This document shows, in pieces, positions 46,188 through 55,788 of a stretch of DNA of 64,000 nucleotides. A model generated the notes under the pieces. The model was not told the DNA's origin and did not search any database. It was given only the letters and a program-made list of their open reading frames with translations. The position numbers were made by a program, and so were the translations under genes. The stretch's first letter is position 1. Every line of letters begins with the position of its first letter. Origin of the DNA: Candidatus Micrarchaeota archaeon (GTDB taxonomy: Archaea > Micrarchaeota > Micrarchaeia > Burarchaeales > JBFMAP01); assembly GCA_964632135.1 (NCBI GenBank), contig CAZWEI010000001.1, positions 29,883-93,882 on the forward strand. Reading direction: 5' to 3'.

Positions 46188-49100
46188 CTATTCGGCGCGG
46201 CATTTGTACTCATCGTACAACTGCATTATGCGCGAGGGATCGCACATCGTGCTGTTCGTCTCGTTTGCAGCGCACATCGTCATCGTCAATCCTTGCGAGC
46301 GGTAGTAATAGTCCGCGCATCCCTTGAACCATTCCTCGAATCCCTCCTTGCGCGCGTAAGCAGGCGGACCGGTGGTCAAACCGTAATTACCCGTGAGCGG
46401 CTGGCACGTGCCGTCCATCAGGCAGTATTGCGCGATTCCGGAAATCCCGGCGCCTGTGAGTTGGTATGTTTCTTTTTCGTACATTTCCGCGAACGCAGCG
46501 CCGACGCCTTTTCCGGCGCACGCGCCGACGCCCACGCCTTCCAGATTATAGGAGAGAATAACTGTCGGCTTTGTGTAATTGTACACCACGAACCTCGAAA
46601 GATTTTTAATCTCGTCCCACGCCCTGCTCGCGTTGCACACGCATTCTCCTCCTGTCTCCTCGCATATTGAACTCGTGTTCGCGAAAACGATGAAACCCAC
46701 CATGTCGGTGCTGTTGCGCGCGAGCCGCATTATGTTTTGTATATCAGCCTCTGTCGCGCCTGGAAGCCTGACCGCGAAAGTGGTCGTGCAGTTCGCGCAC
46801 TCTTTCGTGATGTTTTTCAATTGGTCCGCGATGCAGTTTTGATTTGAAAGGGGGATGGAGATGTCCTGCGTGAGAAGCGTGGGCCACGAGGGGCCGAACG
46901 GGTTGTATTTTTTGTAGTAGAACTTGTCCCAGAAAGGAGTCATGTACTCTGGATTGTTGTCAAGATAACTGTTCAGTTTTTGCGCGAGAGGAACAACGTC
47001 CGCCCCTGAGCAGGCGCCAGGGGCAAGAGTGATGAGGAGCGAGAGGCCGGTCGAGACGTCTGTTATTGTTATATCTACGGACGGCATCGTAATGCACTGC
47101 GTCTCGTTCGGCGCGAGGGAAATTAACGCAGGTAGCGGGGGCGGATTTGGCGCGAGCGAAAGTTGGTGGTTCCTGTTGTCCAGATTGTAGAAGCATATCC
47201 GCGTCCCTTCTTTCGCGCTCATATTCATCGAAGGCTCGAAGAGTTGGTCGATTATCGGGACCACGATGTCGTACGTGTAACTGACTATCCCCTCGCGGTT
47301 GTTGCTCACGCAGTCGATGAGCGTGTGCCTTCCCACATCTGGCGACCAGCAGTACGGGCTCGTCTGGTTTATGGTCGGGAGCAGGCTCGCGTTGTAGCCC
47401 CCTCCTGGACGCTCCTGGATGAGAAGGAGCCTGTACCCCCCTGCGTATGCGCCGCTCGCATTCCAGCAGACCGTGCTGCCCGGCGAAGTTGTCACGACCT
47501 CCTGCGAGAAGTTCATCTCAGCGAGGGAAACCTCTCTCGTGCCGCCGACAATCGGCATAGTCACATCAACGGTCATGCAGCCCATCTGGCTGCTGTCAAA
47601 GGTTGAAGGACAACTCACCTCAGGGACGTACAGCGTCATTCTTGTCGGCGGGGTTACGTCGCATATTCTTAAACTATAATCGCCTCCTCCGACATCCTCG
47701 AGTTGTATTTTCACTGCCGAGCGCGCGGGAACAACTACGTTTGGCGGCGAGACAGGAACGACCCACGCGTACTGGCCGGCAGGAAGGCCGGTGAAGCAAA
47801 CGCTATCATCCTCGTGCACGGATAGAGTGCTCCACGGGGACGGGCTGGTCAGATCCGGATCGTTCATATCTATGTCCGCGCCATAGTAGAATGTTTCCGT
47901 GGAGGAGCGTTTGCAGGTGGAAATACTTACGTGCGTGGCGAAGGTGAGCGCGATCGGGAAGGTCATGTTCGCGCCCGCAGCAAGGTGGTATTCCACGCCA
48001 TTGAGCGAGAACCATCTCGCATACGCGCCGCCGTTGTTGATAATTTTTGGAATCACCCTGCTGTAGCGCACCCCTTTATCAAGCATCGAATAGGAGCACC
48101 AGCAGAGATTCCACACGTTCTGGTCAGTGCAGTTGTCATAAACCCAGTCGCCGCAAAAGTCATCTATGCATTTGTCAAACGGCTGCTGCAGGGTGAGGTT
48201 GATCGCCGAGGTATCGGTGAACTCGCTTGAGTTCAGAACGTTCATATTGAATTTCTTGTGATCGCCAAAAATATCGCGGTAATAGACTTCATACGAGCCG
48301 ACCGGGAAGTTGAAGCACTGGCCGTTGCTGAATCTGAAGCCATTGAAGAAATTGTAATCTATCGAAAGGACTCTGTCCTTGTACCCGCGGTTTTTGAAGT
48401 AGAGCTCGTTATTGTTTGTCGTGAGCGTTGAGGGAGTGAACGGGGCGAATGTGAGGCTTATGATCGCGCTCAGGTTTTGGACATCTACAGTATATCTGCG
48501 CGCGGACACGTCGTCTTCGAGCACGTACGAGCCAGCAGAGATGTTTGAGACGTTGCGCGTTCCGCCTGGCGGGAGGGTTAGCGACCCTAGCCACGAGCCG
48601 CTCTGCGCGAGAGTGTGGCTCAAGCGGTCGATGTTCCTCCAGGAGACGTTGCTTCCCGCGGGCACGCCGTAATATTCATCGAGCAGCAGGCCGGAAATAT
48701 CAACGCGCATGGTCTCATCCGCGCCCCCGCTGTTGAAAACGAGCGCGGTCAGGACATCCTGATTCAGGAGGTCTTTCAGGTTCATCAGCGTGACAGTCCC
48801 TATGTCCCCGAAAACATCCTGGACCGCGAGCCCGAGGCTCAAATTCGATTCGGTCGCAGGGCCGATGAAATAAACGTCCTGCGAGAACGCCTTCGACTCC
48901 TGGATGATGAGCGTGCTCGTCGCGTTCGCGGTCGCATTGTCTGTTGCATTTATTGGATATTCGTACTCGTAGTAGAACTGCCTCACGCCTACTGTGGAGG
49001 GTACTGAAGACTCGAGGTCCCAGAAAATTCGCTGGTTCGGACTTACGGTCTGCCCGGTCCAAAAGTCCATTGGAACGTCCACTGTTCTGGTGCGCGCGAA

Positions 49101-51854
49101 CAACGTGTGATTGACATTATCCGCGTTTTCCCAATAAACCGTTTCATTGTTGTATACGTAAATCAGATTCGGATAGGTTCCTGCCGAGGTCATGAAAAAC
49201 TTCTTCTCCTGCGAACTCGTGATGATGAGCGTGTGGTTCTGGGTGATGTTCTCGGAACGCACGACATAATCGTAGTAGTAATGAATCCCCGCTGCGACCG
49301 AAGTGCAAATCACGCGCTCTGGCAGCACTATGCCGATTGACGTGATGTTGTGCTCGACATCATCCGAGTTTATGAGGCAGATGCTGCCGCCCGGAGGAAC
49401 GCTCACGTAATTCGGCGACGGACCGAGCATCGTGAGGTTTATGTTCGTAGGAAGCGTGGGGCTTACCGTTATAGTCGCGTTTGTTCGCGTGACATTGTCC
49501 CGAACACCATAAATTTGCAGGGACTCGTTGATGAGTGTAAAGCAGACCCTGCTCTTCGCGAGAACATCGAAAACAGCAGGAAGAGGCGGCAGGAAATTTG
49601 AAGTGAGGCGCCTGTCAAGCCTGCCCGGGTTTATGAAGCACAGTGTTGTATTTGAAACAAGCGCGAGATTGGAAGGCTTGAACGCAGGGTCCTGCAACCT
49701 GACCGTATATTCGGACGTTTTGCCCGTGACGTAGACGGTCACGAACGGCGGGGTGGAGATCGTTATGTTTAAGTAATAGCCCCTGGTTCCGCCGCCGGCG
49801 CAGGATACCGTCGCGTTTATGTCGATTATGTTGTACGCCCCGCGCTGATAGTTTGGAAGCTGGAATCCGCCCATCCAATTCTGTGAGCCGCAGACACAAA
49901 TGTTGTCATCCATCTGCGGACCGGCGGGCTGGCGGTTGATTAGCGTGTTCCCGCAATCGCTTATCAAGAACCCGCTCACGAGCACGCTCATCGCTTCAGG
50001 GGGGACGTATAAATTCAGCCTGTAGGACGCTGTCCCGCTCACGTCAGTTTCGTATTGCTGGAAAGAGAGCGCGGTGCTGTTCGTGCCCGCTGCATTGATG
50101 TCGTAGAAAATGTATGTTCCAGGCGTCCTGTCCTCATATGCACCGGAATACTGGTTGAGGAAAGACGCGCGCGACTGCCAGCAGCACGAGGAGCTGTTGG
50201 ACACTGAATGGATTTCTTTCGGCACAAGCATCTCGCCTTCAAGTTTGTACACGTGCAGGGTGTGCGATTTGCTCGCGTCGGTGTTGTTGAAGCAGACGTC
50301 GTCTCCCCATATTATTCCGACCTCCTCTGGGTTCGGGCCGCCTGCCGCAAGCTCGACCTTGTTGTTGATGCTCTTAACGAATATTGAGCCGTATGTGTCC
50401 GTGTTTATGTCGCGGAAAGCGTGTGGTCCTAGTTTTTTCATCGCGCCAGGCGGAAGTGTCAGGGTTCCGCCTGCGAGTACTGTTTGGGTTATGTCAGGCG
50501 TGGGCTCGGTGTCGTCTCCGAACCATAGTTCTATAATGTGGGCCTCCTCTGCGTTGTTTCGTATCGAGATGTTCTGCCCCTCTGAAACGACAAGGTCTGC
50601 GGGCATGAACGAGTCAGCATCGAGGTAGATGAAGCCTTCTGAACTTATCGCGAGCGTCGATTCGAGTCCTGTTTTTGCGTCAGTAACCGTGTATTCTTCG
50701 GCAGGCGGCGGGGAGAAGGTGTGGTTTAGCGTGAAGTTCGATGAGCACGTGAGCGCGCTCACGTTGAGATTTTCCTTCGGGCGCGGTCCTGAGAACGCGA
50801 GGGTGTGAACCGGTATCGTCGAGTTCGCGACGTTGTCCCAGCAGATGAGCGAGCCGTCCGTTATCGTTATTTCATCAGGCTCGAAAAGCGGGTCGCCGAC
50901 AGTCATCTCCGAAACTTTTTCAAGTTTCGGCTTGCAGTATTCCCTCGCGCTGAGGAAATCGTTGAAACTCGGGCCCTGGCCGAGCATGAAGTACTGGAGT
51001 TCCTTGAAAGGGTCGCGCGTAATCGCGTACAACTCGTTCGCCCCGCATGGAATTTCTGTGAGGAGAAGACCGCCCTGCAGAGTCGCCTCGTAGTGCACTG
51101 CGCACGAGCCCCAGAACGTGCGCGTCCCAGCCCGGTCGTTGCATTCGTACGCGACCTGCGCAGAATAACCGGACAGACATTCCGCGGTGCACCCGCTGGT
51201 CGTAACCGAGGTGGGGGGCAGTACGACCATGCAGCCGTAGCCGACGCACGGGGGCTTGTAAATTCTGTATGTATACGAAACTCCAAGATGCGTAACTGTC
51301 ACATCCTCATATTCGCACGTGCAACCGTTCGGGCTCTGGTCGGGTACAAGAGGACAGCAGTAATAATGCGCGCAGTGGGAGGAGTGGTGGGCCCAACTGC
51401 AGCAAAGGAAGCAGCCTCCGCACGCGCAGCCGTGAACCTCCCAGCCCAAGAAATCCATCGTGCCGATGCCCCCGCAGTTGCAGCAGTCGTCGCACGTCAT
51501 CCTCGTCCATTTTCCGGCATCGTTGCAGGAGTCATACGCGAAACAAGCATACATCGGCGCGCCCGTTGTCCTTATGTCCTTGCAGCTGTCGCCCCATTTC
51601 GTGTTGAACTCGCGCGGATCGAGCCCCTGCCCCTTGCTGGTGTATCCTCCGCTGCATTCCCAGCGCGTGTAGAGGGGCCTCTTCGCCCTCACCTGGCACA
51701 TGCACGTGGCGTTCTCGCACGAGGAGGTCGCCTCGATTCTGACCTCAATCGTGCTCGGCACGCTTGTGCGCGGCGTCATGTAAAGGCATCCGAACAAGAA
51801 TAGGAACACAAACGCGAGGCTGAAAAAAACCAATGGTGAGATTTCCCTTTTCAT
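46188..51854 (-). CDS. 1888-aa giant secreted surface (glyco)protein with lipobox-like signal peptide
   Basis: N-terminal FLFLFGC signal; a Cys-rich N-terminal ~250 aa; a long region with dozens of N-x-S/T sequons; no C-terminal TM anchor. The + frame is unbroken for 5.6 kb. Confidence 0.6.
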   Translation of the reverse strand: MKREISPLVFFSLAFVFLFLFGCLYMTPRTSVPSTIEVRIEATSSCENATCMCQVRAKRPLYTRWECSGGYTSKGQGLDPREFNTKWGDSCKDIRTTGAPMYACFAYDSCNDAGKWTRMTCDDCCNCGGIGTMDFLGWEVHGCACGGCFLCCSWAHHSSHCAHYYCCPLVPDQSPNGCTCEYEDVTVTHLGVSYTYRIYKPPCVGYGCMVVLPPTSVTTSGCTAECLSGYSAQVAYECNDRAGTRTFWGSCAVHYEATLQGGLLLTEIPCGANELYAITRDPFKELQYFMLGQGPSFNDFLSAREYCKPKLEKVSEMTVGDPLFEPDEITITDGSLICWDNVANSTIPVHTLAFSGPRPKENLNVSALTCSSNFTLNHTFSPPPAEEYTVTDAKTGLESTLAISSEGFIYLDADSFMPADLVVSEGQNISIRNNAEEAHIIELWFGDDTEPTPDITQTVLAGGTLTLPPGAMKKLGPHAFRDINTDTYGSIFVKSINNKVELAAGGPNPEEVGIIWGDDVCFNNTDASKSHTLHVYKLEGEMLVPKEIHSVSNSSSCCWQSRASFLNQYSGAYEDRTPGTYIFYDINAAGTNSTALSFQQYETDVSGTASYRLNLYVPPEAMSVLVSGFLISDCGNTLINRQPAGPQMDDNICVCGSQNWMGGFQLPNYQRGAYNIIDINATVSCAGGGTRGYYLNITISTPPFVTVYVTGKTSEYTVRLQDPAFKPSNLALVSNTTLCFINPGRLDRRLTSNFLPPLPAVFDVLAKSRVCFTLINESLQIYGVRDNVTRTNATITVSPTLPTNINLTMLGPSPNYVSVPPGGSICLINSDDVEHNITSIGIVLPERVICTSVAAGIHYYYDYVVRSENITQNHTLIITSSQEKKFFMTSAGTYPNLIYVYNNETVYWENADNVNHTLFARTRTVDVPMDFWTGQTVSPNQRIFWDLESSVPSTVGVRQFYYEYEYPINATDNATANATSTLIIQESKAFSQDVYFIGPATESNLSLGLAVQDVFGDIGTVTLMNLKDLLNQDVLTALVFNSGGADETMRVDISGLLLDEYYGVPAGSNVSWRNIDRLSHTLAQSGSWLGSLTLPPGGTRNVSNISAGSYVLEDDVSARRYTVDVQNLSAIISLTFAPFTPSTLTTNNNELYFKNRGYKDRVLSIDYNFFNGFRFSNGQCFNFPVGSYEVYYRDIFGDHKKFNMNVLNSSEFTDTSAINLTLQQPFDKCIDDFCGDWVYDNCTDQNVWNLCWCSYSMLDKGVRYSRVIPKIINNGGAYARWFSLNGVEYHLAAGANMTFPIALTFATHVSISTCKRSSTETFYYGADIDMNDPDLTSPSPWSTLSVHEDDSVCFTGLPAGQYAWVVPVSPPNVVVPARSAVKIQLEDVGGGDYSLRICDVTPPTRMTLYVPEVSCPSTFDSSQMGCMTVDVTMPIVGGTREVSLAEMNFSQEVVTTSPGSTVCWNASGAYAGGYRLLLIQERPGGGYNASLLPTINQTSPYCWSPDVGRHTLIDCVSNNREGIVSYTYDIVVPIIDQLFEPSMNMSAKEGTRICFYNLDNRNHQLSLAPNPPPLPALISLAPNETQCITMPSVDITITDVSTGLSLLITLAPGACSGADVVPLAQKLNSYLDNNPEYMTPFWDKFYYKKYNPFGPSWPTLLTQDISIPLSNQNCIADQLKNITKECANCTTTFAVRLPGATEADIQNIMRLARNSTDMVGFIVFANTSSICEETGGECVCNASRAWDEIKNLSRFVVYNYTKPTVILSYNLEGVGVGACAGKGVGAAFAEMYEKETYQLTGAGISGIAQYCLMDGTCQPLTGNYGLTTGPPAYARKEGFEEWFKGCADYYYRSQGLTMTMCAANETNSTMCDPSRIMQLYDEYKCRAE

Positions 51855-51863
51855 TTTTTCACT

Positions 51864-52601
51864 TCATTTGTTATTGAAACTCAGCAACTCCATGCTCCCG
51901 CCGCCGCCCTCGGCGGTGGAAACTATTTTTACTGGCACTGGGACTCCGTCGGCAATCCAGACTGTGCTCGCCTCCTCTGGAAGCGAATACACGCTCGTGT
52001 TGAAAACGCCGGCGGGAACGCGCACCTCCTCGTGCCTGAGCAGTTTCGCGCCCGCGAGGTTTTCCTTGCACATCACGCCGGGTATGCCGGATACGTCGGC
52101 GCAATCAGCCTCTGTGGTGAAAGGCTGGCCCCCTGCGAAGCTCATCGAGATTTCAAGCTTTTTGCACTTGAGCGTGTTTTTCTCGAGCCACATCAGACTA
52201 TTCATGCTCGCGCTCTGCCCCTGAACCGAAGCGTTCGTTGAAATCTCGACCTTGTACGTGTCGGTCCCGTCCACGAGTTCGGTTCCTATATAATTGTACG
52301 ATGTGCGCGCCTCCTGCGTGCCTCCATATTGGCTGTCCGCCGAAACCTTGTAGGCATACGAGAACTCGGGGGTCATGTTGAACAGCGGGGTGCAGTTCAT
52401 GGGCTCGGCGCGCGGCTTTTGAGTTCCGTTCTCCGAGAGGTTTCCCACGGAGAAAACTGAAAAATTCTCACCTGCACTCGGCATCGGAGGCGGCGTATAC
52501 GAGAGCGATGAGATGAGAACCAGTATCACCCCCAGAATTATTATCGCGAGAACCGTCATCTGCGCAACAACGCTCATGTTTCTCTGAACCAGTTTTTTCA
52601 C
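51864..52601 (-). CDS. N-terminally anchored hypothetical protein (operon member)
   Basis: MKKLVQRNMSVVAQMTVLAIIILGVILVLI anchor, then an extracellular domain with sequons and a C-terminal GGGGS. Confidence 0.4.
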   Translation of the reverse strand: MKKLVQRNMSVVAQMTVLAIIILGVILVLISSLSYTPPPMPSAGENFSVFSVGNLSENGTQKPRAEPMNCTPLFNMTPEFSYAYKVSADSQYGGTQEARTSYNYIGTELVDGTDTYKVEISTNASVQGQSASMNSLMWLEKNTLKCKKLEISMSFAGGQPFTTEADCADVSGIPGVMCKENLAGAKLLRHEEVRVPAGVFNTSVYSLPEEASTVWIADGVPVPVKIVSTAEGGGGSMELLSFNNK

Positions 52602-52615
52602 ATCAACACCTTCGC

Positions 52616-53641
52616 TTACAATATTTTAAATAAACTCCTGCCCATCTCGGAAACGTCCGCGCCAAGGACAGGCGCGATCGCGCGCACGAACGCGAACGTG
52701 ACCACGAGCACGACAATGGGGTAGAAGAACGCGTAGACTATCATGCTCACCGTCTGGCCCCCGAGGCCGGACGAGCCCATCGCCGCCTCTGCCTGCGCGA
52801 CCTTTATCAGCGTCGCGAACGCGGCTGGGTCGTTCGCGCATATGTTCGTGCTCATCGTTATCTGCGGGGCCTGGCATCCGGATGGCGGGGAGCCGGAACT
52901 CATCAGAATCACTACGAACATGAGCGGATATACGATGTAAAGGCCGATGGCGAGCGCGATCATGAGCGCGCCTGCGCCGCGCGTGTACGGGAATATTCGA
53001 AGTATGATTCCTATCGGCAGATAAACCGTGAACATCGCGGTCTCAACCCACTGGAGGAGGTTGTACTGGAAGTAGAGCGCGAGCGCGAGCCACGTGAGGC
53101 TGTTCGCCTTGTAGTGCGCCTCCACGATCATGCTGTACAGCGGATACGAGAACCATTTGAAAGGAATCGGAATCCGGAGTATGAACGGCGAGACGATGAT
53201 GTCGCTCGCGAGAAGCCGCTCTATCCCCGGCTTGTACGTCTCCTTGTATTTCGACTCGACGCACTTGAGCATCGCGCGCAAATATACATAACTCGCGTCG
53301 AACGGGCTCACCTTCGCGAGCCCCGCCATGCCCGGCACGACTATGCTGCCTGCGAAAATCTCCGTCTGATTTTGGATGAGGCCGACGCCGTAGGATTCGC
53401 CTGAAACTATTGTGAAAAGAAGGACCACGAGAATAATTGAAGCAAGCACCTGCGCTAGTTCGCTCTTCACCCATCTCCTGAGGTCCGGAAGCTCGAAAAA
53501 TTTCGAGAGCATGTACGCGAGCGCGACTATGAAAATCTGTATCATTATCGCGAGGAGCGCGATCGCAATCCAGCTCGCGTCGCCCAGGACGGTTTTTCCA
53601 AGGTCAGCCGCAGTCGTGTTCCACATAACATCATCTTTCAA
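52616..53641 (-). CDS. polytopic membrane protein, paralog family (NE[LIF]YQ / LPIG-LR-FP-TR / C-terminal LGxDVxI motifs), member 1
   Basis: VKSELAQV; YLPIGIILRIFPYTRGAGALMIALAIGLYIVYPL; C-terminal PVLGADVSEMGRSLFKIL. Confidence 0.55.
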   Translation of the reverse strand: MKDDVMWNTTAADLGKTVLGDASWIAIALLAIMIQIFIVALAYMLSKFFELPDLRRWVKSELAQVLASIILVVLLFTIVSGESYGVGLIQNQTEIFAGSIVVPGMAGLAKVSPFDASYVYLRAMLKCVESKYKETYKPGIERLLASDIIVSPFILRIPIPFKWFSYPLYSMIVEAHYKANSLTWLALALYFQYNLLQWVETAMFTVYLPIGIILRIFPYTRGAGALMIALAIGLYIVYPLMFVVILMSSGSPPSGCQAPQITMSTNICANDPAAFATLIKVAQAEAAMGSSGLGGQTVSMIVYAFFYPIVVLVVTFAFVRAIAPVLGADVSEMGRSLFKIL

Positions 53642-53665
53642 TCATATCCGATCATTGTCTTTATA

Positions 53666-54652
53666 TCACACCATCCTCGTCAGCGTCGTGATGTCGACCT
53701 CCTCGCCAAGCGCGCGGGAGAGGTCGCGCACGACCGCTATTATTATTATACTATTTATGGCAGGAAGCAGGAACGCCGCGAAAATCACCGTCGCGATTTG
53801 CGATATCGCCCTGCTCAGGAAGAAATCGGCGATCAGCGATTCGATCGTGAAAACGGCGACCATTATGTTTCCTGTGACCGCGGAGACCGCGATTGATGGA
53901 ATGCTTGACTTCAGCGCCTCAAGGACGTCCCTCCAGACGGACACGCTCTCTACGCTCGTGGGCTGCCCGAGCACGACGAAATTCAGCATGAGCATGAACG
54001 GATACGCGACGAACAGGCCGATCGCGATTGCCATGAGCGCGCCGCCGAACTTCCGCGTGATTGGGAACGAGCGGCACACCACGCCGATTGGAAGGAGGAT
54101 GCTGAGCATCCCCACGTTTATTATTTTCAGCACGACAATCTGCGCGATGGTCACGAGAAGGCATATCGCCACCGCATTCACGAGGAAATTCAGTATGGTC
54201 ATTAGCGCGCTGAGCCCTGCGAAAGGCGACATTATCACCGTGACGAATGTGATTGGGAGTCCGCCGGTAAACGAGGAGAGCATCATAACTATGTTCGACA
54301 TCCCGAGAACTCCTCCGAGAACGACCGCGGTCTTGTCCCTGAGCCAGAGCAGAAAGAACTCCGCGACGTCAAACATGTTCCCGCCAACGTTCAGCCCGAA
54401 ATCGGAGAAGTTGAGCGAGCACAGCGTCGTGACGAGGAGTATGATGGACGCGAGGAAGAGCGCGGTTATGAAAACCTGGTAGAGTTCATTCTTTGCGCGC
54501 GCAACAAGCCAGGGGTTTCCCATGTACGTGCCTATCATGTAGAGCAGGGAGATTACGAAATAGGACGTGAGGATGCCTATCAAACTCAGCCCCTGCCAGC
54601 TGCCAAGCCAGTCACTGGGCGACACGCACGCGTTCGGCATTGCCATTTTCAC
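53666..54652 (-). CDS. polytopic membrane protein, same paralog family, member 2
   Basis: AKNELYQV; LLPIGVVCRSFPITRKFGGALMAIAIGLFVAYPF; C-terminal RALGEEVDITTLTRMV. Confidence 0.55.
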   Translation of the reverse strand: MKMAMPNACVSPSDWLGSWQGLSLIGILTSYFVISLLYMIGTYMGNPWLVARAKNELYQVFITALFLASIILLVTTLCSLNFSDFGLNVGGNMFDVAEFFLLWLRDKTAVVLGGVLGMSNIVMMLSSFTGGLPITFVTVIMSPFAGLSALMTILNFLVNAVAICLLVTIAQIVVLKIINVGMLSILLPIGVVCRSFPITRKFGGALMAIAIGLFVAYPFMLMLNFVVLGQPTSVESVSVWRDVLEALKSSIPSIAVSAVTGNIMVAVFTIESLIADFFLSRAISQIATVIFAAFLLPAINSIIIIAVVRDLSRALGEEVDITTLTRMV

Positions 54653-54694
54653 ACCATTCCAATCAATTCAATCAAATTCAATCGAAATCAATCA

Positions 54695-55780
54695 TCAGAT
54701 TATTTTCACGAGCGAGGTGAAATCGATCTCCGCGCCCAGGAGGGACGCGAGGGACCTCGTGAACATTATCGTGGCGATGAGGCACATAAGCGGCAGCAGC
54801 ACCGCAGCGACGACGGACATGTAGAGCATCGGCCCGAAATCCCCCTCGTAAGTCATTTCCTTCACGAACTCCGAGGGCGCGCTCCCTCCCCTGTTGAACA
54901 TGTCGTCGATTATGTCGCGCGCGTTCCCCGCCATCGCGAGCGTGAGGCTGCCACTGCATTTGTAGGTGTTGCAGTGGTCGCGGACTATCTGCTCGGACGC
55001 GAGATACGTGAGCGGAAGAACGATGTAGAAACCAATCGAAATCGCGATGAACGCGCCGCCTGCCATCCTCGTGAACGGGAACGCGCGCAGCGCAATCCCC
55101 ACAGGAAGGAAGAACGCGAACATGTAATCGCGCGCGAACTCGAGGAGCATCTCCTGCGCGCGCAACTGTATTATCGAAAGCGAGAGGATGGAGAGCGCGT
55201 AACCGAACATGTCCATGACGGGCCTGAACGCCGCGCCGGGCACAATATCAAACGTGAGCGCCTGCTTTATGTCGAACATCAGCGTCATCGAGGCGATTGC
55301 ACCCGCGAGTATGTCGAAGTGAATCATCGTCTTCACGTAGCCTGTTATCTGCTCCCGGAGGGCGCGCGCATATGCGACGGCGTGGTTCTGGAGCGCGTTC
55401 CAGTCGCCCGCGCACGAGAACGAGGAGTATGTGTAAGTGCCGGTGCCATTCAAGAAATTTGTGCTGCAGAACGCGGGGAACAGCATGGTGTTCAGGTACC
55501 AGTCCGCGGAGATGAGCATCCCGAGCATGAACGCCGTCGCCGCTAGTTGGTAGAACTCGTTGCGCGCGAACGAGATGAGGTTGTTCGAATTCACTCCGGT
55601 GCCCACCGCGTATATGAGCGCCATCACCGTGAGCATGGTGAGCAGGACTATGAGCGTCACTGTCTGCCATCTCTGGCACCAGACGGACGTGCAGTCCGCA
55701 CGAACAAGCGTTGAGAGCAGCACTAACGCGACGAAGGCGAGCAGAATTTTTCTTGCGTTCTTCATTGCCGGTTTTTTCAT
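54695..55780 (-). CDS. polytopic membrane protein, same paralog family, member 3 (Cys-containing N-terminal extension)
   Basis: ARNEFYQL; FLPVGIALRAFPFTRMAGGAFIAISIGFYIVLPL; C-terminal SLLGAEIDFTSLVKII. Confidence 0.55.
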   Translation of the reverse strand: MKKPAMKNARKILLAFVALVLLSTLVRADCTSVWCQRWQTVTLIVLLTMLTVMALIYAVGTGVNSNNLISFARNEFYQLAATAFMLGMLISADWYLNTMLFPAFCSTNFLNGTGTYTYSSFSCAGDWNALQNHAVAYARALREQITGYVKTMIHFDILAGAIASMTLMFDIKQALTFDIVPGAAFRPVMDMFGYALSILSLSIIQLRAQEMLLEFARDYMFAFFLPVGIALRAFPFTRMAGGAFIAISIGFYIVLPLTYLASEQIVRDHCNTYKCSGSLTLAMAGNARDIIDDMFNRGGSAPSEFVKEMTYEGDFGPMLYMSVVAAVLLPLMCLIATIMFTRSLASLLGAEIDFTSLVKII

Positions 55781-55788
55781 TTCTACAC

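Noticed and set aside
46038-51803. Numerous 60-330-aa ORFs on both strands inside 46188-51854 (for example 50805-51803 +, 46038-46670 +)
   Set aside because: They are nested in the 5.6-kb uninterrupted reading frame of the giant protein gene, which has a signal peptide and coherent composition. The nested ORFs are Arg/Ala-rich shadow frames.
51864-52601. The 245-aa protein as an archaeal type IV pilin (class III signal peptide)
   Set aside because: The N-terminus (MKKLVQRNMSVVAQMT...) lacks the characteristic [KR][GAS] cleavage motif directly preceding the hydrophobic stretch. No prepilin peptidase or GspE-type ATPase is present in the window. Treated as a generic N-anchored protein.
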